DNA from: Acidobacteriota bacterium
GTDB lineage: Bacteria; Acidobacteriota; Terriglobia; Bryobacterales; Bryobacteraceae
Assembly: GCA_016871135.1 (NCBI GenBank)
Contig: VFZQ01000001.1
Location: 1-34,612 of the forward strand
DNA: 34,612 bases
Direction of reading: 5' to 3'
Part shown: piece after piece, positions 1 through 8,219 of the stretch
Layout: every line of letters begins with the position of its first letter
How positions within the stretch are numbered: the stretch's first letter is position 1
Notes under the pieces: model-generated
What the model saw: only the letters and a program-made list of their open reading frames with translations
Databases searched by the model: none
What the model was told of the DNA's origin: nothing
Translations under genes and position numbers: made by a program

Positions 1-1
1 G

Positions 2-2212
2 AAGACGGGTCTGTTCACAGTGAAGGACGGCGCGCTGGCGCCCGTCGCCGAGAACATCGGCGCTTACAACGCGGGCGCGATCGGCGTGGGCGGCGGCGTG
101 GCCGTTGTACCGCTGCCGTTCGACAACAAGGCTGCGGTTGTTGACCTGGCGACGGGCAACGTGCGCGGGCACATCGCGACGGAGTTCGTTCCGTTCGCAG
201 CTGTCGTGAACGCGGCGGGGACTATCGCGTATGTATCGAACTGGGGAGGCCGCAAGGCGCTGCCGAATGACAAGACCGCGCCGACGGGGCTCGATCCAAA
301 CGCCGACCGGCTTGTTGTTAATGCCGCCGGGATTGCGTCGAGCGGCACCGTGACGCGTGTCGATTTGACGACGATGAAGGCCACGCACTCCATCGCCGCC
401 GATTTGCATCCGAACGGTTTGGCGTGGGACGAGAAGGCCGCGCGGTTGTACGTCGCCAATAATAATCGCGACTCGGTGACGGTGATCGACACCGCGCGCA
501 ACGCGGTCTTGCGGACGCACGTTTTGAAGCCGTTCGCGAAGCAGGCTTCGGGCATCGCGCCGACGACCGTGGCGCTCAACAAAGACGGGTCGAAACTGTA
601 TGTCGCATGCGGCGGCATCAACGCCGTCATGGTGATCGACACGAAAACGGGCGCGCAGGAAGGGATGATCCCGACCGGCTGGTATCCAAATTCTCTCGCG
701 CTGAGCCCGGACGGAAGGTATCTCGCGATCGGCTCGCTGCTCGGTGCGGGATCGGGCTGGCAGAACGAGCCGAAACGTCGATATGTGCACGCCAATCGCG
801 GTTCGGTCAATGTTGTCGAGTTGCCGGACGCGGCGCAATTGGCGCGCTATTCGGCGGCCGTCGCCGAGAACAATCGACTGCCGCTGGCGGGCACGCCCGT
901 GGCGCCGGCGCCCGCGGCGTCGCGTGTTCCGAAGGCAGTGCCGCTGCGCGCGGGCGATGCGTCTTTGATCGAGCACGTCGTCTACATCGTCAAGGAAAAC
1001 CGGACGTACGACCAGTTGTTTGGGGATCTTGAAAAAGGCAACGGCGAGCCTTCGTTCGTGATGTTCGGCGAAGACACGACGCCGAATCAACGAAAGCTGG
1101 CACGCGATTTTGTGCTGCTCGACAATTTCTACGCCTCGGGCGGCAACAGCGCCGACGGCCACCAATGGCTGACGCAAGCCAATGAAGTGGCGTACACGAT
1201 GTGGCCCGGCTATCAGGGGCGCAGCTATCCGTTCGACGGTTCCGATCCGCTGGCGATCGCGCAGGGCGGCACGATTTGGGACGCCGCGCTGGCCGCGAAG
1301 AAAACGGTGCGGATCTATGGCGAATACGCGGGACGCCGGGCGGAGCCCGCTTCGGCGCGCGCGAAACATCTCGAAAATTGGAAGCAAGGCGCGAGTTTCG
1401 ACAATCTCTTTCAGACCGTTGCGCCGATCGCTTCGATGAACGCGATTCTGGCGAAGAACTATCCGGCCTACACCACCGCGGTGCCGGACGTTGTGCGCGC
1501 GAATTTGTTTGTGAAGGACCTCTCGCAGTGGAATCAGACGGGCACGATGCCGAACCTCACGATCGTGCAATTGCCCAGCGACCACACCAATGGAACCTCG
1601 CCGGGCGCGTCGACGCCCAAAGCCATGGTGGCTGATAACGATCTCGCCGTTGGCTTGATCGTCGAAGCGTTGTCGCGTTCCAGGTTCTGGCCGAAGATGG
1701 CGATCTTCATCGTCGAGGACGACGCGCAGAACGGCGTCGATCACGTCGATGGGCATCGTACCGTCGCGTTGGCGGTGAGTCCGTACATTCGGCGCGGGCA
1801 CGTCGATTCGACGTTCTACTCCAACCAGAGCATGCTCAAAACGATGGAGTTGATGCTGGGCCTCGGGCCGCTGTCGTTGTTCGATTTGATCGCCAACGAT
1901 ATGCGGGAGAGTTTTCAGGACAAACCCGATTTGTCGCCGTTCAAGCACGTTGTGCCGCAGCAGGATTTGTTCGCGGTGAATCCACCCGCGTCGGCGCTGA
2001 AGGGTGCGGCGCGCCGCAACGCGATTGAATCAGCGCGGATGAACTGGGCCGCGCCCGACGCAGCGCCGACCGAGAAAGTGAACCGGCTGCTGTGGCACGC
2101 AATCAAGGGCTCGACGACGCCGTACCCGGCCGTGCGGAACGCAATCTTCGCGCCGTATTCCTTGGATGTGGACGACGATGATCGCCCGGTTGCATCTCGG
2201 GGCGGAAAATAG
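2..2212 (+). CDS. YVTN/YncE-type beta-propeller fused to phosphoesterase (phospholipase C / acid phosphatase AcpA family), 5' partial
   Basis: The frame is open from nt 2, with no stop before the GTG at 20, so the gene probably starts left of the window. The N-terminal half has propeller blades (LYVANNNRDSVTVIDTARN, LYVACGGINAVMVIDTKTG, DGRYLAIGS). The C-terminal half has phosphoesterase-family signatures (VVYIVKENRTYDQLFGDL, SADGHQW, FIVEDDAQNGVDHVDGHRT). Confidence 0.85.
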   Translation, partial: KTGLFTVKDGALAPVAENIGAYNAGAIGVGGGVAVVPLPFDNKAAVVDLATGNVRGHIATEFVPFAAVVNAAGTIAYVSNWGGRKALPNDKTAPTGLDPNADRLVVNAAGIASSGTVTRVDLTTMKATHSIAADLHPNGLAWDEKAARLYVANNNRDSVTVIDTARNAVLRTHVLKPFAKQASGIAPTTVALNKDGSKLYVACGGINAVMVIDTKTGAQEGMIPTGWYPNSLALSPDGRYLAIGSLLGAGSGWQNEPKRRYVHANRGSVNVVELPDAAQLARYSAAVAENNRLPLAGTPVAPAPAASRVPKAVPLRAGDASLIEHVVYIVKENRTYDQLFGDLEKGNGEPSFVMFGEDTTPNQRKLARDFVLLDNFYASGGNSADGHQWLTQANEVAYTMWPGYQGRSYPFDGSDPLAIAQGGTIWDAALAAKKTVRIYGEYAGRRAEPASARAKHLENWKQGASFDNLFQTVAPIASMNAILAKNYPAYTTAVPDVVRANLFVKDLSQWNQTGTMPNLTIVQLPSDHTNGTSPGASTPKAMVADNDLAVGLIVEALSRSRFWPKMAIFIVEDDAQNGVDHVDGHRTVALAVSPYIRRGHVDSTFYSNQSMLKTMELMLGLGPLSLFDLIANDMRESFQDKPDLSPFKHVVPQQDLFAVNPPASALKGAARRNAIESARMNWAAPDAAPTEKVNRLLWHAIKGSTTPYPAVRNAIFAPYSLDVDDDDRPVASRGGK

Positions 2213-2324
2213 TCGTTTCCTCGGGGGGAATCGCGTAGGGCAAGTCAGGGCCGGGATGCTCCGACTGAGGTATCGGATCTGCAAGGTTTTCTACTCGGAG
2301 CGCTGCGATCAGGCGAACGATTCG

Positions 2325-2346
2325 ATTGACCTATCCGGGCGATAAT
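2325..2346 (+). promoter_or_regulatory. ATTGACCTAT-N6-GATAAT element 7 nt upstream of the ankyrin gene ATG
   Basis: ATTGACCTAT (2325-2334) and GATAAT (2341-2346). The same two blocks recur upstream of the DinB gene. No Shine-Dalgarno sequence lies between the element and the ATG. Confidence 0.3.
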
Positions 2347-2353
2347 TGCATGG

Positions 2354-3463
2354 ATGGAGTTTGATCTCGCCGCACTAGAGTCGAATCCGGCGCTGCCTGA
2401 ACTGGCCGGTGAGTTTTGGGCATCCGGATTCGGCGCCGATCGCGTGCCGGTCGATGTGGCGCGGAAGTTGGTAGAGCGCGGCGCGCCACTTTCAATTCAC
2501 GCGGCCGCCGCGTTCGGATTCGTCGATCATGTGGCGGCGATGCTGGCTCGCGATCCCGCGCTTGTGCATGCAAAGGGCGGCGATGGCTGCACGCCGCTGC
2601 ATTTTGCTCGAAATGTTCGTACGACGGAGTTGCTGCTCGCCGCCGGTGCGGCGATCGATGCCCGCGATGACGATCACGATTCGACACCGGCGCAATGGCG
2701 TATCGATAAGGCGCCGGATGTTGTCCGCCACCTATTGGATCGTGGCGCTTCGCCGGATCTTTTCCTCGCGGCTGCGCTTGGCGATCTCGAACTCGCGGAG
2801 CGGCTGATTGACGACGAACCCGCTTGCGTGGCGCAGTGGATTGGCAGGCCGTCCGATCGAAACGCTCCCGGCGGGACGATTTATCAATGGACGCTTGGGT
2901 TCAATTCGTTCGCGCATCAGATCGCGCTGCGCAAGGGGCATCAGGAGGTTTTCGATTTGCTGGTGTTGCGGAGCGATCCGCAGACCCTACTGCTCGTGAA
3001 TTGCGTGCTGGCGCGGCGCGCGGAAACATTTGCGATTGCCCGAGAGCACCCGCATCTCGTCGCCGAACTTCCAGACGCCGAACTAGAACTTCTCGCCCGC
3101 TACTGTTGGGAGACAAACTCCGACATGGAGGCTGTGCGGTTGATGCTAGATCTCGGCTTTCCGATTGCGCATGTCGAGAGCCGGCACGGCTACTCGCCGT
3201 TGCATAACGCCGCATGGAAGGGTAACGCCGATCTGGTTGACTTGTTGCTGCAGCGCGGCCACCCAGTGGATTTGATCGATCCAAAGTATGAAGCGACGGC
3301 TCTTGATTATGCGATCCACGATTGCGTGCGGGAGAGGCGTCATCCCGAGGGCGAGTTCGCCCGCGTGGCGGAATTGCTGTTACAGGCGGGGTGCGCGTAT
3401 CATGCATCGAGTTATCCGAGCGGGGACGAACGGTTAGATGCGGTGCTGGCGGGCTATCGATGA
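2354..3463 (+). CDS. ankyrin-repeat protein (cytoplasmic, no signal peptide)
   Basis: 369-aa ORF with ANK-type motifs (GCTPLHFA....ELLLAAGAAIDARD; YSPLHNAAWKGNADLVDLLLQRGHPVD). The ATG at 2354 is the first in-frame start. The ATG at 2350 is out of frame and stops after 4 codons. Confidence 0.8.
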   Translation: MEFDLAALESNPALPELAGEFWASGFGADRVPVDVARKLVERGAPLSIHAAAAFGFVDHVAAMLARDPALVHAKGGDGCTPLHFARNVRTTELLLAAGAAIDARDDDHDSTPAQWRIDKAPDVVRHLLDRGASPDLFLAAALGDLELAERLIDDEPACVAQWIGRPSDRNAPGGTIYQWTLGFNSFAHQIALRKGHQEVFDLLVLRSDPQTLLLVNCVLARRAETFAIAREHPHLVAELPDAELELLARYCWETNSDMEAVRLMLDLGFPIAHVESRHGYSPLHNAAWKGNADLVDLLLQRGHPVDLIDPKYEATALDYAIHDCVRERRHPEGEFARVAELLLQAGCAYHASSYPSGDERLDAVLAGYR

Positions 3464-4068
3464 AATACACTTGGCCTTCGGGCGTTGTTGAATTTGTGCA
3501 AGCCGACGGCTTCTCTATCGCGACGACGCCCGTCACGCAAGCGCTGTGGCTTCATGTGATGGGGCCGCCGAATCCGGCGATCAATCAAACCAGCCCGGAG
3601 CATCCGCTCGAAAACGTTTCTTGGGATAGTCTTCACGCTCGCGGCGGTTTTCTGGAACGGATCAACGCCGCGCCGATTCGCGAGGCTCTGGACCCTTCAA
3701 TGCGATTTCGTTTGCCAACGGAGGCGGAATGGGACTACGCCGCGCGCGGTGGCACTCACTCATCGGACGGCTTTATTTACAGCGGCTCGAACGACATCGG
3801 GGCGGTTGCCTGGTATGACCGAAAACACGGCGATCATACGCAGCCGGTGAAGTTGAAAGCTCCGAATCAGCTCGGCATTTACGACATGTGCGGCAACGTG
3901 TGGGAGTGGTGCGAGGATCTGTACACGGGCAACGGATCGGAGAAAGAGCGCGTGCTGCGCGGCGGCTGCTTTCACAACTGGGCGGTGCATTGTACGGTGT
4001 CGAAACGATACGCGATCGATTCGGACGCACATGATGGATGCATCGGCTTTCGGTTGGTGTTGAGTTAG
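3460..4068 (+). CDS. FGE-sulfatase (SUMF1/EgtB/PvdO) fold domain protein, short stand-alone form
   Basis: Motifs PVTQALW, ENVSWD, RLPTEAEWDYAARGG, GIYDMCGNVWEWCED, RVLRGGCF and GFRLV are characteristic of the formylglycine-generating-enzyme fold. I place the start at ATG 3460, which overlaps the ankyrin stop (ATGA at 3460-3463). The ORF-track extension back to 3322 is Arg/Gly-rich and lies inside the ankyrin gene. Confidence 0.8.
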   Translation: MKYTWPSGVVEFVQADGFSIATTPVTQALWLHVMGPPNPAINQTSPEHPLENVSWDSLHARGGFLERINAAPIREALDPSMRFRLPTEAEWDYAARGGTHSSDGFIYSGSNDIGAVAWYDRKHGDHTQPVKLKAPNQLGIYDMCGNVWEWCEDLYTGNGSEKERVLRGGCFHNWAVHCTVSKRYAIDSDAHDGCIGFRLVLS

Positions 4069-6641
4069 CGGAGCAGCTTTGTCATTTCGGCTTCGAGTTC
4101 GATGCGCTGCCGCGATGGCGCCGCGCCGGATGGGGTCTTCGGGATCATCGATAGCGCTCGTTTGAGGGCTTCGATCGCGCCGGATTTGTTACCGGTCAAC
4201 GCCAACGCTTTGGCGAGGCCGGAGTAGGCGTCGGGATCCTGGCCTTTCGTCGCGGCCTCGGCTAACCGGCAGTATTTGGCGGCAAGGACGGGGTCGCGTT
4301 CACTCGCGACCTTCGTTTCGCTGAACCAGCGGCAAGCGCCAAACAGATGCGACGCCGAAGGGTTCGGCGCATCCGCCAACCGATGCAGCAGTTGCAGCCC
4401 CTCCCGCGCCTGGGTTTGCGCCTTGGCCGATTTCCGGAGATCGACGTTGCCGTTGGCGGCGCGGATAAGGAGTTCGGCGCGAAGGAAGGTGTAGACCTTG
4501 TTTCCAGGGTCCCTTTCCAGCAGCCGGCTATGGAGGGATGCGGCGTGTTCGAAGTGGCCGACGGATGAAGCGGTCCCACGGCGATAGTCCTCAACGATGC
4601 CAAGTGCGCGAATGGCCCCGGTGAGTGCGTAAAGTACGTTGGTGTTGGCGGGATCCGTTGTTGTCCAGGTGTGCAAGATTGCCGCAGCCTCTTCCAAGTG
4701 AACAATGGCCTCGGCGTGTTTGCCGGCTTGCCCTTCTGCCCAGCCGATGTTGGAGAGTACGGTAGCGCGGAATCGGAGCGTGTCGGCGTCGTTGGCGGAA
4801 GGCGGAAGGCGGTCCAGCCATTGCAAGGCCCTATCATCATGCGTCAGGGCAACCAAGGGATCGTCGGAACCGAGCAGAACCGCCTGGCTCAACTCACATT
4901 GCGAGAGTTGCCGGATAGCCCCTTGATGAGCGGGATGACGGGCGAGGACCTTCTCGGCGATCGACGCCGACTGGCGATATGCCCGGGCAGCCTCCTGGTT
5001 GCCGGCGCCTCCGATCATGCCGCCGGTGCCAGTAAGCCGCGTGCCCAAAACTTCGAACGCCACCGCCGCCGACATGTTGAGGTCGGCGTCGGCTGGATCG
5101 GCGACGGCCAATGACCGCAATATTTCGGCAGACTGTCGGATCTCCACTAGGCCGGCTTCTCTGGCCCCGCCGAATCCAGAGGTTCCAGCGAGTTGAATCT
5201 TTGCTTCCGCCTGGATGCGGCTGGAAGCGGCGGAGGGCTTTGCGGAGGCGGCTAGCGCCAGGGCCTTGCGATAAATCTCCTGGGCCTCGGCGCGCTTGCC
5301 GAGGTTTGGCCGGTACGGGTTGCCGAGGATGTTTGCAAGGCGACGATAGGCGTCGGCTACTTCTAGAGTGAGCGGGTCGTCGCCGGTGGATTCGGCGGCC
5401 AGCCGGTCGAGGTATTGCAGCGAACGCTCGACGCTTTCGCGTTGCAATTCGGTCGAGCCAGGTAGCCGCTGGATGCCCGTGTGCAAGTCGGTGACGACGT
5501 AGCGGGCGTATTGGCGAAGATCTTCAAACCGGCGTTGCGCTTTTCTGGCCTGCCAGAGTGTCGTGCCTATGCCACCGGCTAACGCGATCAGCAAGGCTGC
5601 CGCGCCCGCGACCGCGAGACGGTTGCGCTGCACGAATTTGCCGGCTCGATAGCTGAAGCCGGCCGGTCGAGCAAGCACTGGGTGTCCGTCGAGGTAGCGT
5701 TCTATGTCAGCGGCCATGTCGCGCGGAGCCTGATAACGCGCGTTGGGATCTGCCTCGAGCGCTTTCGCCAGTATCGACCACAATTCCGCTGATACGTTTG
5801 ACGGCTGTGGAATCAGCGGTGACGCCGTGGCTCGCCACAGCGCCAGCGCCCAGGAGCCGTTCGCGCCGAAGGGCGAGTGGCCAGAGAGAAGTTCGTAGAG
5901 AACGACACCCAGCGAGTAGACGTCGGAAGAGGTCGTGACAGGGCGTCCTTGCAATTGTTCCGGGCTTGCGTAGGCTGGCGAAAGCGACGGTGCTGCCGTC
6001 ACGTCGGCTTCAGCGTTGACGAGCTTCGAAGTACCGAAGTCGAGCAGTTTCACCCGGCCTTCAGCCGTCACAAGGATGTTGCCAGGCTTAAGGTCGCGAT
6101 GCACAATGAGCGCGCGATGCGCGTAGTCGACGGCGTCCATAACTTGCAGAATCAACCGCAGCCGCGCATCGACTCCCAGACCGCGACAATACCTGTCGAT
6201 CGATTCGCCTTCGACCAGTTCCATCACCAGGTAGGGCTCGCCGCCAGCAGTTGCTCCGCCATCAAATAGCCGTGCAATTCCGGGATGATTCAATCGGGCG
6301 AGGATTTCGCGCTCCAGTAGAAAACGTTGACGAAACCAATCGGAACGCAGGGAACCGCGCAGCACTTTGATGGCGACCTGCTGCGTGAACTGGCCGTCAG
6401 AGCGATGCGCGCGATAGACCGTGCCCATGCCGCCACTGCCCAGGATGGAATCGCATTGGTAAGGTCCGAATGCGGGGAGTTCGACTTCGGGTGCGGGGCC
6501 GATGGCGGCGCTCCACTCGCGATAGCTATCGACCAATTCCTGGACCTCACGTTTCAGCTCGGGATTGTCGCGACACGCCCAATCGAGAAACTCCGGGCCC
6601 TGGTCGAGCGCGGCGTGGAACAAGTCCTCGCTCTGCTGCAT
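4065..6641 (-). CDS. Ser/Thr protein kinase with one TM helix and long TPR-like C-terminal region
   Basis: Hanks kinase motifs are present: GSGGMGTVYRA, VAIKVL, HRDLKPGNIL, DFG, SPEQ. A TM segment (LAVAGAAALLIALAGGIGTTLW) is followed by ~470 aa of helical repeats. I prefer ATG 6641 (MQQSEDLFHAAL...) as the start. The ORF-track start at 6653 is a TTG four codons upstream. Confidence 0.9.
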   Translation of the reverse strand: MQQSEDLFHAALDQGPEFLDWACRDNPELKREVQELVDSYREWSAAIGPAPEVELPAFGPYQCDSILGSGGMGTVYRAHRSDGQFTQQVAIKVLRGSLRSDWFRQRFLLEREILARLNHPGIARLFDGGATAGGEPYLVMELVEGESIDRYCRGLGVDARLRLILQVMDAVDYAHRALIVHRDLKPGNILVTAEGRVKLLDFGTSKLVNAEADVTAAPSLSPAYASPEQLQGRPVTTSSDVYSLGVVLYELLSGHSPFGANGSWALALWRATASPLIPQPSNVSAELWSILAKALEADPNARYQAPRDMAADIERYLDGHPVLARPAGFSYRAGKFVQRNRLAVAGAAALLIALAGGIGTTLWQARKAQRRFEDLRQYARYVVTDLHTGIQRLPGSTELQRESVERSLQYLDRLAAESTGDDPLTLEVADAYRRLANILGNPYRPNLGKRAEAQEIYRKALALAASAKPSAASSRIQAEAKIQLAGTSGFGGAREAGLVEIRQSAEILRSLAVADPADADLNMSAAVAFEVLGTRLTGTGGMIGGAGNQEAARAYRQSASIAEKVLARHPAHQGAIRQLSQCELSQAVLLGSDDPLVALTHDDRALQWLDRLPPSANDADTLRFRATVLSNIGWAEGQAGKHAEAIVHLEEAAAILHTWTTTDPANTNVLYALTGAIRALGIVEDYRRGTASSVGHFEHAASLHSRLLERDPGNKVYTFLRAELLIRAANGNVDLRKSAKAQTQAREGLQLLHRLADAPNPSASHLFGACRWFSETKVASERDPVLAAKYCRLAEAATKGQDPDAYSGLAKALALTGNKSGAIEALKRALSMIPKTPSGAAPSRQRIELEAEMTKLLR

Positions 6642-6661
6642 AAAGAGATTCAAGATTGCAC

Positions 6662-7267
6662 CTACTTCACTTGGCGTGAATCGTCGCTGATTTGTTCGGG
6701 CCGGAGTGTTTTGAGGCGTTTATGGAGCCAGGATACGGCAAAGTTGACGTCGCGGTTGACGCGGGCGCGAGAGTGCCCGAGAAGTTCGCCGGTTTCATCC
6801 GCGGTGGCTCCGAGGAAGAAGCGCAATTCGATCGTTCGCAGCTTCTCCGGGTCGGCCGCGCCGAGTTCGTCGAGGGCGATTTCAAGATCGAGATACTCGG
6901 GCGAAGCGGCGTCGACCCAGGCGAGTTCGGGCGCCAGGATTACGCGCTCGGGGTGTTCTCCCCGTTTCTGCGTAGCCGAGGCGCGGGCGTGATCGACGAG
7001 AATCCGGCGCATTACCTTCGCGGCAAAGACATAGAAGTGCTCGCGGCTGGAGTACTGCACGTTTTGGTTCTGCAGGAGGCGGATAAACGTCTCGTTGACC
7101 AATGCGGTGGCTTGCAGTGTCGAGTTTCGACTCTCGCCCGTCAGATAGGCGGCCGCGACGCCGTGCAGGCGATCATAGACGGCCGGGGCCAGTTCGGCGA
7201 ACGCGTCCTGCTGTCCGGAACGCCATCGCTCAAGCAGCAACGTGATGTTAGCCTCCGCGCCGGGCAT
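6662..7267 (-). CDS. ECF-type RNA polymerase sigma factor (Sigma70_ECF / TIGR02999-like family)
   Basis: The N-terminus ITLLLERWRSGQQDAFAELAPAVYDRLHGVAAAYL, a region-2-like VNETFIRLL and a region-4 HTH (ELRFFLGATADETGELLGHSRARVNRD) match the ECF family typically found beside Ser/Thr kinases. I prefer ATG 7267 as the start. A GTG at 7309 would add 14 residues. Confidence 0.85.
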   Translation of the reverse strand: MPGAEANITLLLERWRSGQQDAFAELAPAVYDRLHGVAAAYLTGESRNSTLQATALVNETFIRLLQNQNVQYSSREHFYVFAAKVMRRILVDHARASATQKRGEHPERVILAPELAWVDAASPEYLDLEIALDELGAADPEKLRTIELRFFLGATADETGELLGHSRARVNRDVNFAVSWLHKRLKTLRPEQISDDSRQVK

Positions 7268-7376
7268 TGACGCGATTCTAGCATGCGAATGGTTAATTTC
7301 AGCGAACACTTTCGGAACGTTTTCCGCCGCATAAAACAGGGCGGCAGAAGCCGCTCACAAAACGGAGAAATTCAAT

Positions 7377-8219
7377 ATGCGGAATTCATTCTTTTTGCGC
7401 CCCGCCGGGTTCATCGTGGCGGTAGGCTGCGTAGCACCGGTCCAAGGCGCGTACATCCTCGCCAATCTGCAAAATAGCGGCGCGTTCAACGCGTGCGGTT
7501 CGGTAAACCCACTAGACCCTGGCGAGCCGTGCGCGGGCCTTCCGGACATTCGGCCTGTGGCCGTGGCCGGGCAGAGCAACGGAGGCAACGGTTCCGCGCA
7601 GACCGACTATGGCATTAATAAGGTCATTGCCACCAGCGGCGCCGGCGGCGGCATGAACGCGTACTCGGAATGGATGGTGGTGTACGGACTGGCCGGCGGG
7701 CAGGCAGGCTCGACGGTAGACTTGGTGGTCACCTTAGCGTATGACGTGACGGTAATCGCGGGCTTGGGCACGGCGGGGTTTCGCATGGTTGTGAACAACG
7801 ATTTCTTCGGTCCCTATGACATTCGAACAACCACTGACGGCTTTCTAGGCGACTCCTGTTTCGACCGGCCTGGACAGAATGCTCTCGGAGCGTGTGCGGG
7901 AAATCACAATGGGACGGTCAGCCGTATCATTCAAGCCACCATCAACCCGAATAACCGGCTCACGCTATTGGTGAGCGCGAGCACTTTTGGTAGCGCGACC
8001 GCGGATGCGTTCAACACCGTGACGGTTCAGAGTGTCATCGTGCCCGATGGGATCTCCTGGTCTTATAACGGACTGGCTGGGAATCCGCTGAATTTTCAGT
8101 ACGCGCCCGATACTTCCGGCGTGCCGGAGCCGGCGGGAGTGGTGCTTGCGGGTTTGGGGTTGATTGCGGCGGGAACTCTGCGACGGCGCTGCTCAACGCC
8201 TACCGCAACACGCCGCTGA
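7377..8219 (+). CDS. PEP-CTERM sorting-domain secreted protein
   Basis: It has an N-terminal signal peptide (FIVAVGCVAPVQGA). The C-terminus VPEPAGVVLAGLGLIAAGTLRRR is the PEP motif plus TM plus Arg cluster. A GGAGA Shine-Dalgarno sequence lies 10 nt upstream of the ATG. Confidence 0.75.
   Translation: MRNSFFLRPAGFIVAVGCVAPVQGAYILANLQNSGAFNACGSVNPLDPGEPCAGLPDIRPVAVAGQSNGGNGSAQTDYGINKVIATSGAGGGMNAYSEWMVVYGLAGGQAGSTVDLVVTLAYDVTVIAGLGTAGFRMVVNNDFFGPYDIRTTTDGFLGDSCFDRPGQNALGACAGNHNGTVSRIIQATINPNNRLTLLVSASTFGSATADAFNTVTVQSVIVPDGISWSYNGLAGNPLNFQYAPDTSGVPEPAGVVLAGLGLIAAGTLRRRCSTPTATRR

Noticed and set aside
2326-2346. TTGACC + GATAAT as a standard sigma-70 -35/-10 promoter.
   Set aside because: The spacer is only 9 nt here and 8 nt at the DinB copy, against the required 16-18 nt. 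The element is reported as an unexplained shared motif instead.
3950-4068. The C-terminus of the FGE-fold protein as a diversity-generating-retroelement variable region.
   Set aside because: FGE/C-type-lectin folds are classic DGR targets, and ..RGGCFHNWAVHC..GFRLV sits where variable regions lie. However, I see no reverse transcriptase, no template repeat of this segment, and no Asn/Tyr-rich AAY-codon pattern in the window.
7314-7340. GGAAC (7314-7318) upstream of the PEP-CTERM gene as an ECF-type -35 box.
   Set aside because: No CGT-type -10 lies at the expected 16-17 nt spacing (the region reads GTTTTCCGCCGCATAAAACAG). A lone pentamer is not evidence.
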